Source: an uncultured Actinomycetota bacterium (lineage in GTDB: Bacteria > Actinomycetota > Actinomycetes > JAHEKZ01). Taken from it: a DNA stretch of 64,000 bases. The notes under the pieces were generated by a model. The model worked only from the letters and a program-made list of their open reading frames with translations. It was not told where the DNA came from and did not search any database. Shown in pieces: positions 42,850-58,457 of this stretch (positions are counted from its first letter, which is position 1; each line of letters opens with the position of its first letter). The position numbers were made by a program, and so were the translations under genes. The stretch covers positions 2,272,001 through 2,336,000 of the forward strand of contig CAWHIJ010000003.1 of NCBI GenBank assembly GCA_963829525.1, read 5' to 3'.

Positions 42850-44379
42850 TCAGCTCGGTGGCACGCCGACCCTCTCGAGGATGAGCTCGCGGACGCGTCC
42901 TGCATCCGCCTTGCCGGCGGTCGCCTTCATCACCGCACCGACGATTGCTCCTGCGGCCTGCACTTTGCCGTCGCGAATCTTGGCGGCGATATCCGGTTGC
43001 GCTGCGAGTGCGGCGTCGACAGCCTCGAGCAGGGCACCGTCGTCGGAGACGATGGCGAGCCCGCGCGCAAGAACGACTTCATCTGGACTGCCCTCACCGG
43101 CGAGCACTCCCTCGATCACCTGGCGAGCGAGTTTGTCGTTGAGCGAGCCTTCTGATGTGAGCACAATGATTCGATGAACGTCTGAAGGGGTGATCGGCAG
43201 CTCCGCCACGTCGAGTCCCCGCTCGTTGGAAATGCGGGAGATCTCACCCGTCCACCACTTGCGGGCATCTGCGGAGTCGGCTCCGAGAGCCACCGTCTGC
43301 TCCACCAGTTCGAGGGCCCCGGCGTTGATCAGTGACTGCATGTCGTGCTCGGAGATCCCCCACTCCTCACGCAGTCGCGCCCTGCGCTGAAGCGGCGGTT
43401 CGGGCAAGGTAGAACGCAGCGCCTCGATCCACTCTGCATCCGGCGCTACTGGCGTGAGATCGGGCTCTGGGAAGTAGCGGTAGTCCTCAGCCTCCTCCTT
43501 GACCCGCCCAGACGTGGTCGACCCGTCGTTCTCGTGAAAGTGACGAGTCTCTTGAATGATCGTTCCACCGGACTGCAGCACCGCCGCCTGCCGCTGGATC
43601 TCGAAGCGAACAGCGCGTTCGACCGAACGGATTGAGTTGACGTTCTTCGTCTCGGTACGGGTTCCGAACTCAGTCCGGCCCCGCGGCTTCAACGACAGGT
43701 TGGCATCTACCCGCATCGAACCCTGGTGCATGTGCGCATCAGAGACCCCAAGTGCAACGATCAGCTCACGGAGCTCCGTGACGTACGCCCTGGCGACGGA
43801 CGGCGCCAAAGCGGGCTCGACCTCGATCGGCTTCGTGACGATCTCGATGAGTGGAACACCAGCTCGGTTGTAGTCGATCAGCGAGTAGTCGGCGCCGTGG
43901 ATACGACCGGTTGCGCCGCCGACGTGCAAGATCTTGCCAGTGTCCTCTTCCATGTGCGCCCGCTCGATTCCCACCGTCAGGGGGCGGGGGCCGTCATCGG
44001 TTTCGACCAAGATCTCGAGCGCTCCGTTGAACGCGATCGGTTCGTCGTACTGCGACGTCTGGAAGTCCTTGGGCATGTCCGGGTAGAAGTAGTTCTTGCG
44101 CGCAAACCGCGACCAGTCAGCGATCGAGCAGCCCAAAGCGAGCCCGATCCGGACGGCCGACTCAACCGCCTTCTCGTTGACGACAGGGAGCGCTCCGGGG
44201 AGTCCAAGGCACACGGGGCAGACCTGCGTGTTCGGTGGCGCACCGAACACGGTTGGGCACCCGCAGAACATCTTGGTCAGCGTATTGAGCTCGACATGCA
44301 CCTCAAGACCCATGACTGGGTCGAAGGTGGCGATGGCGTCCTCGAACGACATCAGCGGCTCTGTCGTGTCAGCGGTCAT
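42850..44379 (-). CDS. gatB: Asp/Glu-tRNA amidotransferase subunit B
   Basis: [37 protein letters not shown]. Confidence 0.98.
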   Translation of the reverse strand: MTADTTEPLMSFEDAIATFDPVMGLEVHVELNTLTKMFCGCPTVFGAPPNTQVCPVCLGLPGALPVVNEKAVESAVRIGLALGCSIADWSRFARKNYFYPDMPKDFQTSQYDEPIAFNGALEILVETDDGPRPLTVGIERAHMEEDTGKILHVGGATGRIHGADYSLIDYNRAGVPLIEIVTKPIEVEPALAPSVARAYVTELRELIVALGVSDAHMHQGSMRVDANLSLKPRGRTEFGTRTETKNVNSIRSVERAVRFEIQRQAAVLQSGGTIIQETRHFHENDGSTTSGRVKEEAEDYRYFPEPDLTPVAPDAEWIEALRSTLPEPPLQRRARLREEWGISEHDMQSLINAGALELVEQTVALGADSADARKWWTGEISRISNERGLDVAELPITPSDVHRIIVLTSEGSLNDKLARQVIEGVLAGEGSPDEVVLARGLAIVSDDGALLEAVDAALAAQPDIAAKIRDGKVQAAGAIVGAVMKATAGKADAGRVRELILERVGVPPS

Positions 44380-45892
44380 GTCACACCGCCCATCGCGAGC
44401 TCGGGGATTCGATCAAGCAACGGCCCACCCCAGCGCTCCCGAAGAGCGGCTTCAAGGACAGCACCCACCCGATACACCTGCTCGTCGCGCTGAACGGCGG
44501 CCATCACCTGGACGCCGACGGGTAGATCGTCATCACCAAGGCCGGCCGGGAGGCTCATCGCCGGCCCGCCGTAGAGGCTGGACGGAAGGGTTGCCAGGTC
44601 TGCCTTGTACATGGCGATCGGGATCGTCGGCGCGCTCGCCGATCGGGAAGGCTACGGTGGGTGTTGTCGGCGAGATCAGAACGTCCACCTTTTTGTATGC
44701 CGCATCGAAGTCGCGTCGGATGAGCGTGCGAACCTTCTGCGCCTGTCCGTAGTAGGCGTCGTAGTAGCCAGCCGACAGCGCATATGTGCCAAGCATGATG
44801 CGGCGCTTGACCTCCGGACCGAAGCCCTGGGCCCGCGTCATGGACATAACCTGCTCGACGCCGTGTTCCCCATCATCGCCTGCACGGAGTCCGTATCGCA
44901 TTCCATCAAAGCGGGCGAGGTTGCTCGAGCACTCACTGGGCGCGATGAGGTAGTAGGCAGGCAACGCGTATTCAAAGGATGGGCAGGAGACCTCGATCAC
45001 CTCAGCTCCCAGTCCTGTCAGCAGCTCGACCGTCTCATCGAACCTTGCTTGCACTCCGGATTGATAGCCCTCTCCCTGCAGTTGGGAGACGACGCCCACC
45101 TTCATGCCGGACGACACCACCGAGTTCACCGCGCGCAGCCGCGACGATCGGCGGAACTGGCGCCTCGATTGACGTGGCATCCCTCCGGTCGTGACCGGCG
45201 ATGACCTCATGAAGCAGCGCTGCGTCCAGAACCGAGCGGGCGAATGGTCCGCCCTGGTCCAGCGATGACGAGAAGGCCACGAGTCCGTATCGAGAGACGC
45301 CGCCGTAGGTCGGCTTGACACCCACGATTCCGGTGACGGCGGCCGGCTGCCGGATCGAGCCACCGGTGTCGGTGCCGATGGCGAGCGGCGCCTGTCGGGC
45401 CGCCACTGCCGCACTAGACCCTCCTGAGGATCCGCCCGGGATCCGGTTGAGGTTCCACGGGTTGCGCGTGACGCCGTAGGCGGAGTTCTCGGTGGACGAT
45501 CCCATCGCAAACTCATCCATGTTCGTCTTGCCGAGCACGACTACTCCGCCGGCTTTGAGTCGCTCGACCACCGTGGCGTCATACGGCGGGTGCCACCCCT
45601 CAAGGATCTTGGACCCGCACGTGGTTGGAGCACCTCGCATCGTGAAGACGTCCTTCAGCGCAAGCGGCACTCCGGCAAGGGGACCCAGCGCTGCGCCTTC
45701 AGCGCGGGCGCGGTCCACCCCATCTGCCTGGGCGAGCGCGAGGCCACGGTCGACGTGCAGGAAGGCATGGATCGCTTCGTCGGTCTGTTCGATCCGGTCC
45801 AGGTGTCCGGCCGTGACCTCATGGGCTGAGACGTCACCTCGCGCAACGAGCGCAGCTGTCTCGGCGGCTCCGAGAAGCGTCAGGTCGCTCAC
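44376..45892 (-). CDS. gatA: Asp/Glu-tRNA amidotransferase subunit A (indels near 45120 and 44625)
   Basis: [38 protein letters not shown]. Confidence 0.95.
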
Positions 45893-46191
45893 TGCTCTTC
45901 CTCGTCCAGGATGCGCGGGACGCGGAAACGGTCGCCCTCTGCGGCGGGGGCAGCCGCCAGAACATCTTCGCGGGACAGACATGGGACGATGACGTCCGGA
46001 CGCACCACGTTGACCACGGGCACGGCGTGCGTTGTCGGAGGAACATTCTCTGCAGCCACCTCGGCAACCCGAGCGACCGCGCCCAAGATCACGTCGAGCT
46101 GCTCGCCGTAGTGATCGAGCTCGGAGTCGGTGAGTTGGAGGCGGGACAGGCGCGCCAGATGGGCGACGTCGTCACGGTCGAGCGCAGGCAT
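45889..46191 (-). CDS. gatC: Asp/Glu-tRNA amidotransferase subunit C
   Basis: [11 protein letters not shown]...FRVPRIL; SD AGGAG. Confidence 0.96.
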   Translation of the reverse strand: MPALDRDDVAHLARLSRLQLTDSELDHYGEQLDVILGAVARVAEVAAENVPPTTHAVPVVNVVRPDVIVPCLSREDVLAAAPAAEGDRFRVPRILDEEEQ

Positions 46192-46255
46192 GGGACTCCT
46201 GGCGTCAGTGGCTATCGCGGATGCGTCGTGTGCACCGGTCATCTTACGGATGACG

Positions 46256-48358
46256 TCAGGCAGAACCGCCGACCCCTTCGGCTCCGCCACGCAGGACGCG
46301 CAGTTCGCGCTGCTGCGATGGGTGGCGCATGAGCCAGGCCGTTGCATTCTCGGCGTCGAGCGGACGACTTACGTACCAACCCTGGCAGGCATCGCAGCCC
46401 AAGCCCCGCAACAGATCCCACACCTCCTCTGACTCCACCCCTTCGGCGACCGCCGTCATCCCCAGACCATGGGCCAAATCGACGATCGAGGCCACGATGG
46501 TCACGTCCCCTGGGTCGGCGGTGAGCCGCGAGACGAATGACCGGTCGATCTTGATCTCAGCGATTGGCAACTTCTTGAGCAAGACCATTGATGAGTACCC
46601 GGTCCCGAAGTCGTCCAATGACGCCGCGACTCCAAGGCGACGAAGTGAGTTGAGGGTGGCATTTACCTCGCCGGAGTCGCGGGTCAAGACCCGCTCAGTG
46701 AGCTCGAGCACCAGCATTGACGCCGGAAGATCATGTCGTTCGAGGGCGCTCGCCACCACTGCAACAAGATCGCGCCCGTGCAGGTCACGCATCGATACGT
46801 TCACTGCAACTGGAACTTGCAGACCACCCATTCTCCACTTGGAGACCTGGGACAACGACTCATCGATGACATGTTCTGTGAGGGGAGCCATGAGTCCGGA
46901 GTGCTCGGCCATGGGGATGAACTCATCGGGCATGACCAGCCCACGCTGAGGGTGATGCCAGCGGACTAGCGCCTCGACCCCTACGACGTCACCGGAGCTC
47001 AGCGACACCTTCGGCTGGTAGTGCACACGCAGCTCACCGTTCTCCAGCGCATTGCGAAGGCCACCCAGCAGGGCTAGCCGGCTTGCCGAGTTCCGGTCCC
47101 GGTCGGCTACGTAGACTTCGACTCCGGTGCGCTCCTCCTTCGCCAGGTACATCGCGACGTCAGCGCGACGCACGATCGGGTCAACATCCTCGCCGTGCTC
47201 GGGAGAGACGGCCACCCCAATACTTGCCTCGAGCTCGAAGAGCATCCCCTCGACATGAAATGGGCGAGTGAGTGCCTGACGAACTCGCTGGGCGACCTCC
47301 ACTGCCGCCTCAGAGTTGCGCACGGGGTCGAGCAGAATCGCGTACTCGTCGCCACCGAGCCTGGCGACCATGTCACTGGGTCGCAGGGCACCTTGGATCC
47401 GCTGCGCAACCACCGCGAGCAGGCGATCACCCACCTGGTGCCCCAAGGTGTCGTTGACCTCCTTGAATCGATCGAGATCGAGCAGGCAGAAGGCGATGTT
47501 GACCTGCCGTCGCCTAGCCTCATCGAGCCGCGTGGCCAGCTCGGTGAGAATCATCTTGCGGTTGGGCAGACCCGTGAGCGAGTCGTGCAGTGCTTGGTGC
47601 TCTTTCTCCCGCGAGATGGATGCGGTCTTACGCACAGCAAAGAGAGGGAGTAGCAGGAGTGGGAGGAAGGCCGGTACGTCTGACACGAAGACCACGATCG
47701 GCGAGACGGCCAGCACCGCCATCGTGGTGAAGAAGTAGTAGCCAAAGTCTTCGAAGAAGTCGTCGGCAAATGTGCGACCCGGATCGGCGAGCAGCGAGAA
47801 GAGCGTGTTGTTGACGAAGAAGAAGGCGAGCCAACCCGCAACGATCCAGGTGAGGTCAATGGCCTCGAGCCCAGATAGTGGCTCCGAGAGTGTCGGAATG
47901 GGTTCGCCCCTCGCGCTCTGCCAGAGCTCCATGATGAGAGCGGCAGACCCAAGGCTCAGCGCAAACTGCCCAATGTTGTAAGGGACCTTCCACAGGGGCT
48001 TGTGCTTGACGATCTCAGAGACCAGCGAGGCGCACGAAATCAGCGCGATGGCCGGCCATGGGCCGTACAGGTAGAGGATGGCAAAGGTGAACGCGTCGCT
48101 GGTCGCCACGCCCTGGCTGTCATACCCGCTTCCCACGATGACTGGACTGAGCTCGAAGAGCAGCAGCAGGCTCGCGATGACCCAGAAGGTGGGTGTGGCT
48201 CCGCTGAGGGCCGGCACTGTCTGCAGGAGCGCGTAGCCAAGGAGCGTAAGGCCCCCGACGACCGATACCCACCACCCCAGAACGAACATCGATGGTCTGA
48301 GCAGGCTGGGATGGTCGGGCGGTCCGGGAGCATCGGCGAGCAGGTCAGCGTCACTCAT
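46256..48358 (-). CDS. membrane GGDEF-EAL c-di-GMP enzyme (RmdB-like)
   Basis: TM helices; [29 protein letters not shown]; position between ligA and gatC. Confidence 0.92.
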   Translation of the reverse strand: MSDADLLADAPGPPDHPSLLRPSMFVLGWWVSVVGGLTLLGYALLQTVPALSGATPTFWVIASLLLLFELSPVIVGSGYDSQGVATSDAFTFAILYLYGPWPAIALISCASLVSEIVKHKPLWKVPYNIGQFALSLGSAALIMELWQSARGEPIPTLSEPLSGLEAIDLTWIVAGWLAFFFVNNTLFSLLADPGRTFADDFFEDFGYYFFTTMAVLAVSPIVVFVSDVPAFLPLLLLPLFAVRKTASISREKEHQALHDSLTGLPNRKMILTELATRLDEARRRQVNIAFCLLDLDRFKEVNDTLGHQVGDRLLAVVAQRIQGALRPSDMVARLGGDEYAILLDPVRNSEAAVEVAQRVRQALTRPFHVEGMLFELEASIGVAVSPEHGEDVDPIVRRADVAMYLAKEERTGVEVYVADRDRNSASRLALLGGLRNALENGELRVHYQPKVSLSSGDVVGVEALVRWHHPQRGLVMPDEFIPMAEHSGLMAPLTEHVIDESLSQVSKWRMGGLQVPVAVNVSMRDLHGRDLVAVVASALERHDLPASMLVLELTERVLTRDSGEVNATLNSLRRLGVAASLDDFGTGYSSMVLLKKLPIAEIKIDRSFVSRLTADPGDVTIVASIVDLAHGLGMTAVAEGVESEEVWDLLRGLGCDACQGWYVSRPLDAENATAWLMRHPSQQRELRVLRGGAEGVGGSA

Positions 48359-48478
48359 CGCCCACCTCCCGATCCTGACCCTGGTCCTGATCCCGGTCGC
48401 AGTCGCAGTCGCCATGCCTCTCGATGGTACCGACCCGGTGACAATCTGTAATCAGTCAACTACCTACTGTTCACCCAT

Positions 48479-51715
<3,237 letters not shown>

Positions 51716-51719
<4 letters not shown>

Positions 51720-52795
51720 AACGTGGCGGTGATGGTCGCCGAGCCGCGCACCCGTGTGCCTTCGTACAGCACCAGAGTCTGCCCGGGAGCCACTCCTGAC
51801 GCTGGCTCATCGAGCGTCGCACGAAGCAGTCCGGCGGACTCAACATGCACGGTTGCGGTCACCGTCTCGCCGTGGGCGCGGTACTGCACGGCGAACGCCT
51901 CACCGTCGGCCACCGGCTGTGCGCCACACCAGAGCGGTCGCTCGGCGACGATCTCGTTGAACCGCGAGGGCCTCTCGGGGCCGACGGTGACGGTGTTGGT
52001 GGTCGGCTCGATCGAGAGCACGTAGCGCGGCTGGCGATCAGCGGTGGCCACGGTCAGACCCAGACCCTTCCGCTGACCCACGGTGAAGGCGTAGGCACCG
52101 TCGTGGTCGCCGAGCACGACGCCATCGCTGTCGACCACGTGTCCCGGACGCTCGCCCAGATGCGACGTAAGGAACGCCTTGGTGTCACCGTCGGCGATGA
52201 AGCAGATGTCGTGGCTGTCGGGCTTGTCGGCGACGAGGATGCCGCGAGCTGCTGCCTCCCGGCGCACCTCCGCCTTCAGGGAGTCGCCGAGCGGGAACAT
52301 CGACCTGCCGATCTGGTCGCGGTCGAGGACAGCCAAGCACGTACGACTGGTCCTTGTCCGGATCGACTGCTCGATGCAGCTCTGGCCCATCGGGACCGTC
52401 GACGATCTGCGCGTAGTGGCCGGTGCACACCGCGTCGAAACCCAACCCGACGGCGCGGTCGAGAACCGCGGCAAACTTGATTCGCTCGTTGCAGCGCAGG
52501 CACGGGTTGGGCGTGCGTCCCGCTGCGTACTCGGACAGGAAGTCGTCGACCACCTCGGCTCGGAACTGCTCGGCGAGGTCCCACACGTAGTAGGGCAGCC
52601 CCAGGACGTCGGCAACCCGTCTGCGCATCCCTGGAGTCCTCCAGGCTGCAACATCCGCGTGACGCCAGAGCGAAAGGTCTGCGGATTGCTGCTCAGTGCC
52701 AGATGGACAGCCGTGACGTCGTGCCCAGCATCACGCACCCGAGCTGCAGCCACCGCGGAGTCGACTCCGCCGGAGAGTGCTGCCAGGACGCGCAT
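51716..52795 (-). CDS. mnmA: tRNA 2-thiouridylase (three indels that restore the frame)
   Basis: [36 protein letters not shown]. Confidence 0.93.
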
Positions 52796-52808
52796 CAGTA
52801 CCCGCCCG

Positions 52809-53996
52809 TCAGACCTGGGCGGCGGTCGACGCTCGGGATGCCCTAGCCCGCTCGACGACGGGCCCGATAACGGCCACCAGCTCATCGACATCAGTCCGGG
52901 TCGAGGTGTGCCCTAGCGAGAACCGTAGAGACGAGCGCGCCTCTGCTGGCGAAGATCCCATCGCCAGCAGCACATGGCTTGGCTCAGCAACGCCAGCAGA
53001 GCAGGCAGATCCTGTGGAGCAGTGCACGCCGCGAGCGTCCAGCAACATCAGCAAAGAGTCACCTTCACATCCGGGGAAAGACATGTGCGCATTGCCCGGC
53101 AGGCGGTGGGCCTCGTCGAGGCGTGGGTCCCCGTTCAATCGAGCATCGGGTACCTGTTCGACGACTCCGGCGATCAGCTCGTCCCGAAGTACTGCAACGG
53201 TCGCCTCACGCGGGGCGCGAGTGTCGATCGCCTCGGTCACGGCGGCGGCAAAGCCCACGATCGACGGAGTGTCCAGGGTGCCGGACCGGACGTCGCGCTC
53301 CTGACCACCGCCGTGAATCAACGGTGCGGGAGTTGCTGACCGCCCGAGGAGAAGGGCACCAACGCCGACGGGGCCGCCGAGCTTGTGCCCACTCAGGGTG
53401 ACGGCGTCCAAGCCGGACGCGGCGAAGTCGAGCGGGAGATGCCCGGCGACCTGAACAGCGTCGGAGTGAATGGGCACCCCGAAGGCAGCGGCCGCGGCCG
53501 CGCACTGGCGGACCGGCTGCACGGTTCCAACCTCATTGTTGGCCCACATCACAGTCACCAGCGCCACTGAATCGGGATCACGGGCGATCTCGTCATGGAT
53601 CTGCTGGGCGTCGACCCGACCTACCGAGTCGACCTCGAGCCAGACGACCTCGGCCCCTTGTTGTTCGACGAGCCAGCGCACTGGGTCGAGAACAGCGTGA
53701 TGCTCGATGCTGCTGGCGAGAACGCGCGGGCGTCGGCGCTCCTGTTGCCGGCTCCAGTACAGCCCCTTGACCGCGAGGTTGTCGGCCTCTGTGCCGCCCG
53801 CGGTGAAGACCACCTCACTGGGACGCGCACCAAAGGCAGCGGCTATAGCCTCACGACTCTCCTCGACCGCGCGGCGCGCCCGGCGCCCAGCGGCGTGTAG
53901 TGACGAGGGGTTGCCGACCTCGCCGAGCTCCTTGGTGAGAGCCGCCATCGCGGCCGGGAGCATCGGCGTCGTCGCAGCGTGATCCAGATAGGCCAT
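52809..53996 (-). CDS. iscS: cysteine desulfurase
   Basis: YLDHAATTP, SGHK, GGGQE, STGSAC. Confidence 0.93.
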   Translation of the reverse strand: MAYLDHAATTPMLPAAMAALTKELGEVGNPSSLHAAGRRARRAVEESREAIAAAFGARPSEVVFTAGGTEADNLAVKGLYWSRQQERRRPRVLASSIEHHAVLDPVRWLVEQQGAEVVWLEVDSVGRVDAQQIHDEIARDPDSVALVTVMWANNEVGTVQPVRQCAAAAAAFGVPIHSDAVQVAGHLPLDFAASGLDAVTLSGHKLGGPVGVGALLLGRSATPAPLIHGGGQERDVRSGTLDTPSIVGFAAAVTEAIDTRAPREATVAVLRDELIAGVVEQVPDARLNGDPRLDEAHRLPGNAHMSFPGCEGDSLLMLLDARGVHCSTGSACSAGVAEPSHVLLAMGSSPAEARSSLRFSLGHTSTRTDVDELVAVIGPVVERARASRASTAAQV

Positions 53997-54023
53997 CGCC
54001 GAACCAGTCTAGGCGAGCCGAAG

Positions 54024-54977
54024 TCAGGCCTTCCGCCGAGTGACTTCCTCGGTCAGCTGTGGAAGGACGGTGTGCAGGTCACCAACGACTCCGAAGTCAG
54101 CCAGGTCGAAGATCGGCGCCTCGGAGTCCTTGTTGACGGCGATGATCGTCTTGGAGGTCTGCATACCGGCGCGGTGCTGGATCGCCCCTGAGATGCCGTT
54201 GGCTATGTACAGCTGGGGTGAGACGGTCTTGCCCGTCTGACCGACCTGGAACTGGTGCGGGTACCACCCCGCGTCGGTCGCAGCCCGCGAGGCTCCAACG
54301 GCTGCACCCAGCGAGTCGGCCAGGGACTCGATGACGGCAAAGCCCTCAGGTGACCCGACCCCTCGCCCACCCGAGACAACGATCGCCGCCTCGGTGAGTT
54401 CAGGACGCCCAGCCCGCTCCTGGGCCACCCGATCGGTGACTCTTGCGGCCTGGTCGGTGTCGGCAACAGTGACATCGAGGTCGACACGGCGCCCCGTGCC
54501 TGGAGAGTGCTCAGCGGCAACGCTGTTGGGGCGCACCGCGATGATCGGGGTACCGGTCGTGACGACGGAGTGCACCAGCGTCGAGCCACCGAACACCGAC
54601 TGCTGGGCGACGAAGCCTGCGTCGACGCCCACGGCGTCGGTAATGATCCCGCAACCGGAACGGACGGCCAACCGCGCGGCGATTTCCTTGCCTTCGGCAT
54701 TGGCCGGCACCAGCACGCCCGCTGCGCTGGACGCTGCAAGCGCAGCCTGTAGCGCCGAAACCTTGGGCGCCACAACGTGGTCGGCGTACTCAGCACCGGT
54801 GGCGACATAAATGGTGTCGGCGCCACCTGCGGCCAGGCTTGCGACGACGTCTTCGGAGACCTCACCGATCACTACCGCCGCGGGCTCACCGAGAGTGCGG
54901 GCGAGAGTAATGAGCTCGAAGGTGACCTTCTTGACGTCACCGCCGGCGTGCTCGACAAGCACGAGTACTTCAGCCAT
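54024..54977 (-). CDS. etfA: electron transfer flavoprotein alpha subunit
   Basis: [21 protein letters not shown]. Confidence 0.97.
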   Translation of the reverse strand: MAEVLVLVEHAGGDVKKVTFELITLARTLGEPAAVVIGEVSEDVVASLAAGGADTIYVATGAEYADHVVAPKVSALQAALAASSAAGVLVPANAEGKEIAARLAVRSGCGIITDAVGVDAGFVAQQSVFGGSTLVHSVVTTGTPIIAVRPNSVAAEHSPGTGRRVDLDVTVADTDQAARVTDRVAQERAGRPELTEAAIVVSGGRGVGSPEGFAVIESLADSLGAAVGASRAATDAGWYPHQFQVGQTGKTVSPQLYIANGISGAIQHRAGMQTSKTIIAVNKDSEAPIFDLADFGVVGDLHTVLPQLTEEVTRRKA

Positions 54978-55007
54978 GGGGTCCTCCCGGACGTGGATTC
55001 CTGCAGG

Positions 55008-55799
55008 TCAGATGAACTTCTGGGCGCTGAGGAAGTCAGCCACCTTGGTGCCGCCATCACCTTCGTCGATGACAACCGTGCCAGCAGCGCGCGGTGGACG
55101 GGCAGCGAAGTTCTGGACCGCGCTCCATGACCCAGCGAGGCCGACGGCTCCGCCTTCGACTCCGAGGTCGGCAAGGGAAAGTGTTTCCACCGGCTTCTTC
55201 TTGGCAGCCATGATCCCCTTGAACGACGGATAGCGGGGTTCGTTGATCTTCTCAACCACGCTCACGAGCGCGGGAAGCTGCGCCTCGACGACGTCGTATC
55301 CGTAGTCCGTCACGCGCTGGATCCGCACCGTCGCACCATCGAGCTCGACCTTGCCTGCGAAAGTCAGCTGTGGGCGTCCGGTTCGCTCGGCCAGCATCGC
55401 CGGGACGACGGACATACGAGCGTCGGTGCTCTCCGAACCCATCAAGACGAGGTCGGGCGCAAGTCGGTCGATGGCAGCAGCCAAAACCGCTGACGTAGCC
55501 AGGGCGTCACTGCCGTGGAGCGCATCGTCGACAACGTGAACTCCGTCATCGGCACCCATCTGCAGCCCCTTGCGAACGCTTTCGACAGCCTTCTCCGGCC
55601 CGACGGTCAGCACCGTCACGGTGCAGGCATCTGCACCGCCGAGTCGCTCCTGGATCTGGAGGGCCTCCTCGACGGCGTACTCGTCGAGCTCGTTGACGAC
55701 TGCGTCGGCGGCTTCACGATCGAGGGTGTTGTCGGCCGGGTTGAGCTTCTTCTCTGCCCAGGAATCGGGCACCTGCTTGACGCACACGACGATTTTCAC
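55008..55799 (-). CDS. etfB: electron transfer flavoprotein beta subunit
   Basis: KIVVCVKQVPD, NEPRYPS; SD AGGAGG. Confidence 0.97.
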   Translation of the reverse strand: MKIVVCVKQVPDSWAEKKLNPADNTLDREAADAVVNELDEYAVEEALQIQERLGGADACTVTVLTVGPEKAVESVRKGLQMGADDGVHVVDDALHGSDALATSAVLAAAIDRLAPDLVLMGSESTDARMSVVPAMLAERTGRPQLTFAGKVELDGATVRIQRVTDYGYDVVEAQLPALVSVVEKINEPRYPSFKGIMAAKKKPVETLSLADLGVEGGAVGLAGSWSAVQNFAARPPRAAGTVVIDEGDGGTKVADFLSAQKFI

Positions 55800-55864
55800 A
55801 GCGACGAACGCACCTCCTGCTGCCGACCTCCGTGCCCGCCTTGAGGTCGGGCCGGTAGTGGATT

Positions 55865-55984
55865 CTGCCGACCCGAGCGGGCCAGTCACTGACTCGCGAA
55901 CCAGTCTGCCAGACGCATTGGATCCAATCGTCTCCAGGGCGGCAGTGGAACAGCGAGTCCCATCAGGTTCGGGTATTTCGGCGG
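55865..55984. other. long imperfect hairpin in the etfB/DUF885 intergenic region
   Basis: Nested stems acccga/tcgggt, gactcgc/gcgagtc, ctgcc/ggcag, agacg/cgtct, attg/caat. Confidence 0.55.
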
Positions 55985-56025
55985 GCGCCAACGAACCGGA
56001 CAAGCCCTCGCCTACGCTCGCACCC

Positions 56026-57532
56026 ATGAATGCCCGACTGCGACGCAGTTATCGACCTCTCGGTGGCTGAGGCGCGCGAGGGAACCGGACGCCACGAGTT
56101 CGATGGCCAGATCCAGGACCTGTCACCAGCAGGTGTTGACAGCGCCCTTGCCCGACTCGGGGGACCGCCGCTACCGGACCCGCACGACGAGGCACACCTC
56201 CTGGCGTTCGAGAACTCAGCTCGCGTCAACTTTGGTGCCCTCCAGATGCACCGGCGCAATCCGCTCATCCATCTGGAGAACCTCGAGCTCGCCTGCTACG
56301 ACCGCGCCTACGCTCCTGACGCGGAGCGCGACGCCGCTCGCTCCCGCCACCTGGCCCAGTGGCCGGAGGCCGTCGACATGGCGATCGAGTCGCTCGACCG
56401 GGTGCCTGCTCCCGTCGCCCAAGCGTTGCTCCCCGCGGTGACCGGGCTCGCGGACGGTCTTCCGCCTGCCGACCCTGGCATCGATGCCGCCGTCGCGGCA
56501 CATCGACGCCTCGTCGAGCACCTTCTGGGTTTGGCAGCCAACGGCACACCCGAGACCGCACTGGGTAGAGCATCGCTCGAGGAGCTCATGGGGGCTGAGG
56601 AGGCCGTTGCCAGTGTCGAGTTGACCTCGCTGGCCGAAAGAGCCATGCGCGAACGCGACCGCCTGCGCGTGATGATAGCCGAAGGATGCCGGCAACTTGT
56701 GCCCCGAGAGCCCGTCGAGCAGACGGTAGCCGCGCTTCTGGCTGACCACCCCTCCGCCGCCGATGTCGTCGCAACCGCAGCTGGCGTCAGCGATGAGACG
56801 ATCGCCTTCTGTCGCGAGCGCGAGTTCCTCACCCACCTCGACGGCGAGTGCCGCGTTGGCGTGGCACCGCCATCGCGAAGGTGGGCAACGGCGATGCTCT
56901 CGTGGTCTGGGCCATACGAGACCGATGGCCCCTCGCACTACGACATCACACCGCCGGATCCGAGCTGGCCAGAGTCGGAGCAGGCTGAGTGGCTCACCAT
57001 GTTCAGCGAGACTGCCCTAGCCGCGGTCACCGCACACGAGGTGGCACCTGGCCACTTCGCGCACGGTCGAGCGATGCGACATGCGGCAGGCGATGTGCGG
57101 CGATCGCTCATCGGAGCCGGCTTTGCCGAAGGGTGGGCACACTACGGCGAAGAGCTCATGCTCGAAGAGGGCTTCCGCTCCGACGACCCGCGCTTCCAGG
57201 TCGGCGTCGCTCTGGAAGCTCTTGTTCGCTTGACGCGGTTGTCGTGCGCCATTGGACTGCACACCGGAGCGATGGACGTGGGGGACGCCACCGCGGCCTT
57301 CGTCAATGACGCCTTCATGCCAGAGGCGACGGCTCGAGCTGAGGCACGTAGGGGCACGTTCGATCCGACATACGGGGTCTACACGTGGGGGAAGTGGATG
57401 ATTCTCGATGCAAGGGACGACGCCCGGCGCCGATGGGGAAGCGACTTCACGCTGCGACGGTTCCATGACGCTCTCATGCAGCTCGGCTCACCACCGCTCG
57501 GGCTGATGGGTGAAGCCGTCAGATCCGGCTGA
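56026..57532 (+). CDS. DUF885 family protein (1-nt indel near 56044)
   Basis: HEVAPGH, EGWAHYGE, YTWGK, FHD; -10 TACGCT 7 nt before ATG 56026. Confidence 0.85.
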
Positions 57533-57534
57533 GC

Positions 57535-58329
57535 CTAGATCTGCGGCCACATGTTGGAGGCGCCGGGAATGCAGCCCAAAGACCTGCCCACCAGGTGGAG
57601 GCCGGTGCGGTCGCCGTCCTTGTACCTGCTGGATCCACGGTCGAGCATCGTCGGGTACATGATCTCGCTGGTGGTCCCGACGTGACTGAGCCCAACCGCG
57701 TGGCCGATCTCGTGCAGTAACAGGGCGCCACGCGTCACGCCTGGTCCGAACCCGGCTTTGTACAAGCTGTTGTGCCCCGAGTTGATCACGACGAACCCGC
57801 GACCAATCGCCCCCTGCGAGTGACCGGCGGCGTCGGTCCACGTCCTCAACATCCAGCCGCCGACTCCGGATGGGTAACTACCTCCGCTGCTCGTCATCAG
57901 GTTGGACTGGTACTTGGCGCGAGACTGGTCGACCCAGGCGACCACAATCTCAGCCGACTTCAGTCGGGTTGACCATGAGTCCACCTTGCCGTTCCGCGGG
58001 ATTTCGTCAGTGCGCCCTGCGAACTTAAAGGGGATGCCCGTGCGGTTGGACACGCGCTGGAAGGCAGTTCGAGCATCTGCAACGGCCGCGTCGCGAGCTG
58101 ACGCGGTTTGCCCGGCAAGCTGGGCGTTGACCGCGTAAGTCACCTCTGCCTGGCAGGGATTCCATCGGATCCGATGGTTTTTGCCATCGGATCCGGTCCA
58201 GTTGCCGACCTTGAAGTCATCACCAGAAGCATCAGCTGCATTGTTGGCGGTGATGGGCGCAGATAGACCGATGGTGATGGCAGTTGCCATCACCATCAAG
58301 GCAATCGGTCGCAACGCGCGCGAAACCAT
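57535..58329 (-). CDS. secreted matrixin (M10-like) zinc metalloprotease
   Basis: Signal peptide; RWNPC; HEIGHAVGLSH; Met-turn IMYP. Confidence 0.88.
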   Translation of the reverse strand: MVSRALRPIALMVMATAITIGLSAPITANNAADASGDDFKVGNWTGSDGKNHRIRWNPCQAEVTYAVNAQLAGQTASARDAAVADARTAFQRVSNRTGIPFKFAGRTDEIPRNGKVDSWSTRLKSAEIVVAWVDQSRAKYQSNLMTSSGGSYPSGVGGWMLRTWTDAAGHSQGAIGRGFVVINSGHNSLYKAGFGPGVTRGALLLHEIGHAVGLSHVGTTSEIMYPTMLDRGSSRYKDGDRTGLHLVGRSLGCIPGASNMWPQI

Positions 58330-58457
58330 CAGCGTCCTCCTCGACGAAACCTGTATTCCGGTCTTCGGCGGGGAGGGTGGGGTCGCTGACTACTCCGCAC
58401 GGGGGACGAAGAGGTCCAAATGGGTGAATCGTCGGTCGGGCAGCGATGTTCGGAGCG

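Noticed and set aside
48416-48478. c-di-GMP riboswitch or BldD box upstream of the GGDEF-EAL gene
   Set aside because: Region too short for the aptamer and no convincing motif match
55800-56025. FMN riboswitch before etfB
   Set aside because: Conserved RFN sequence blocks are absent
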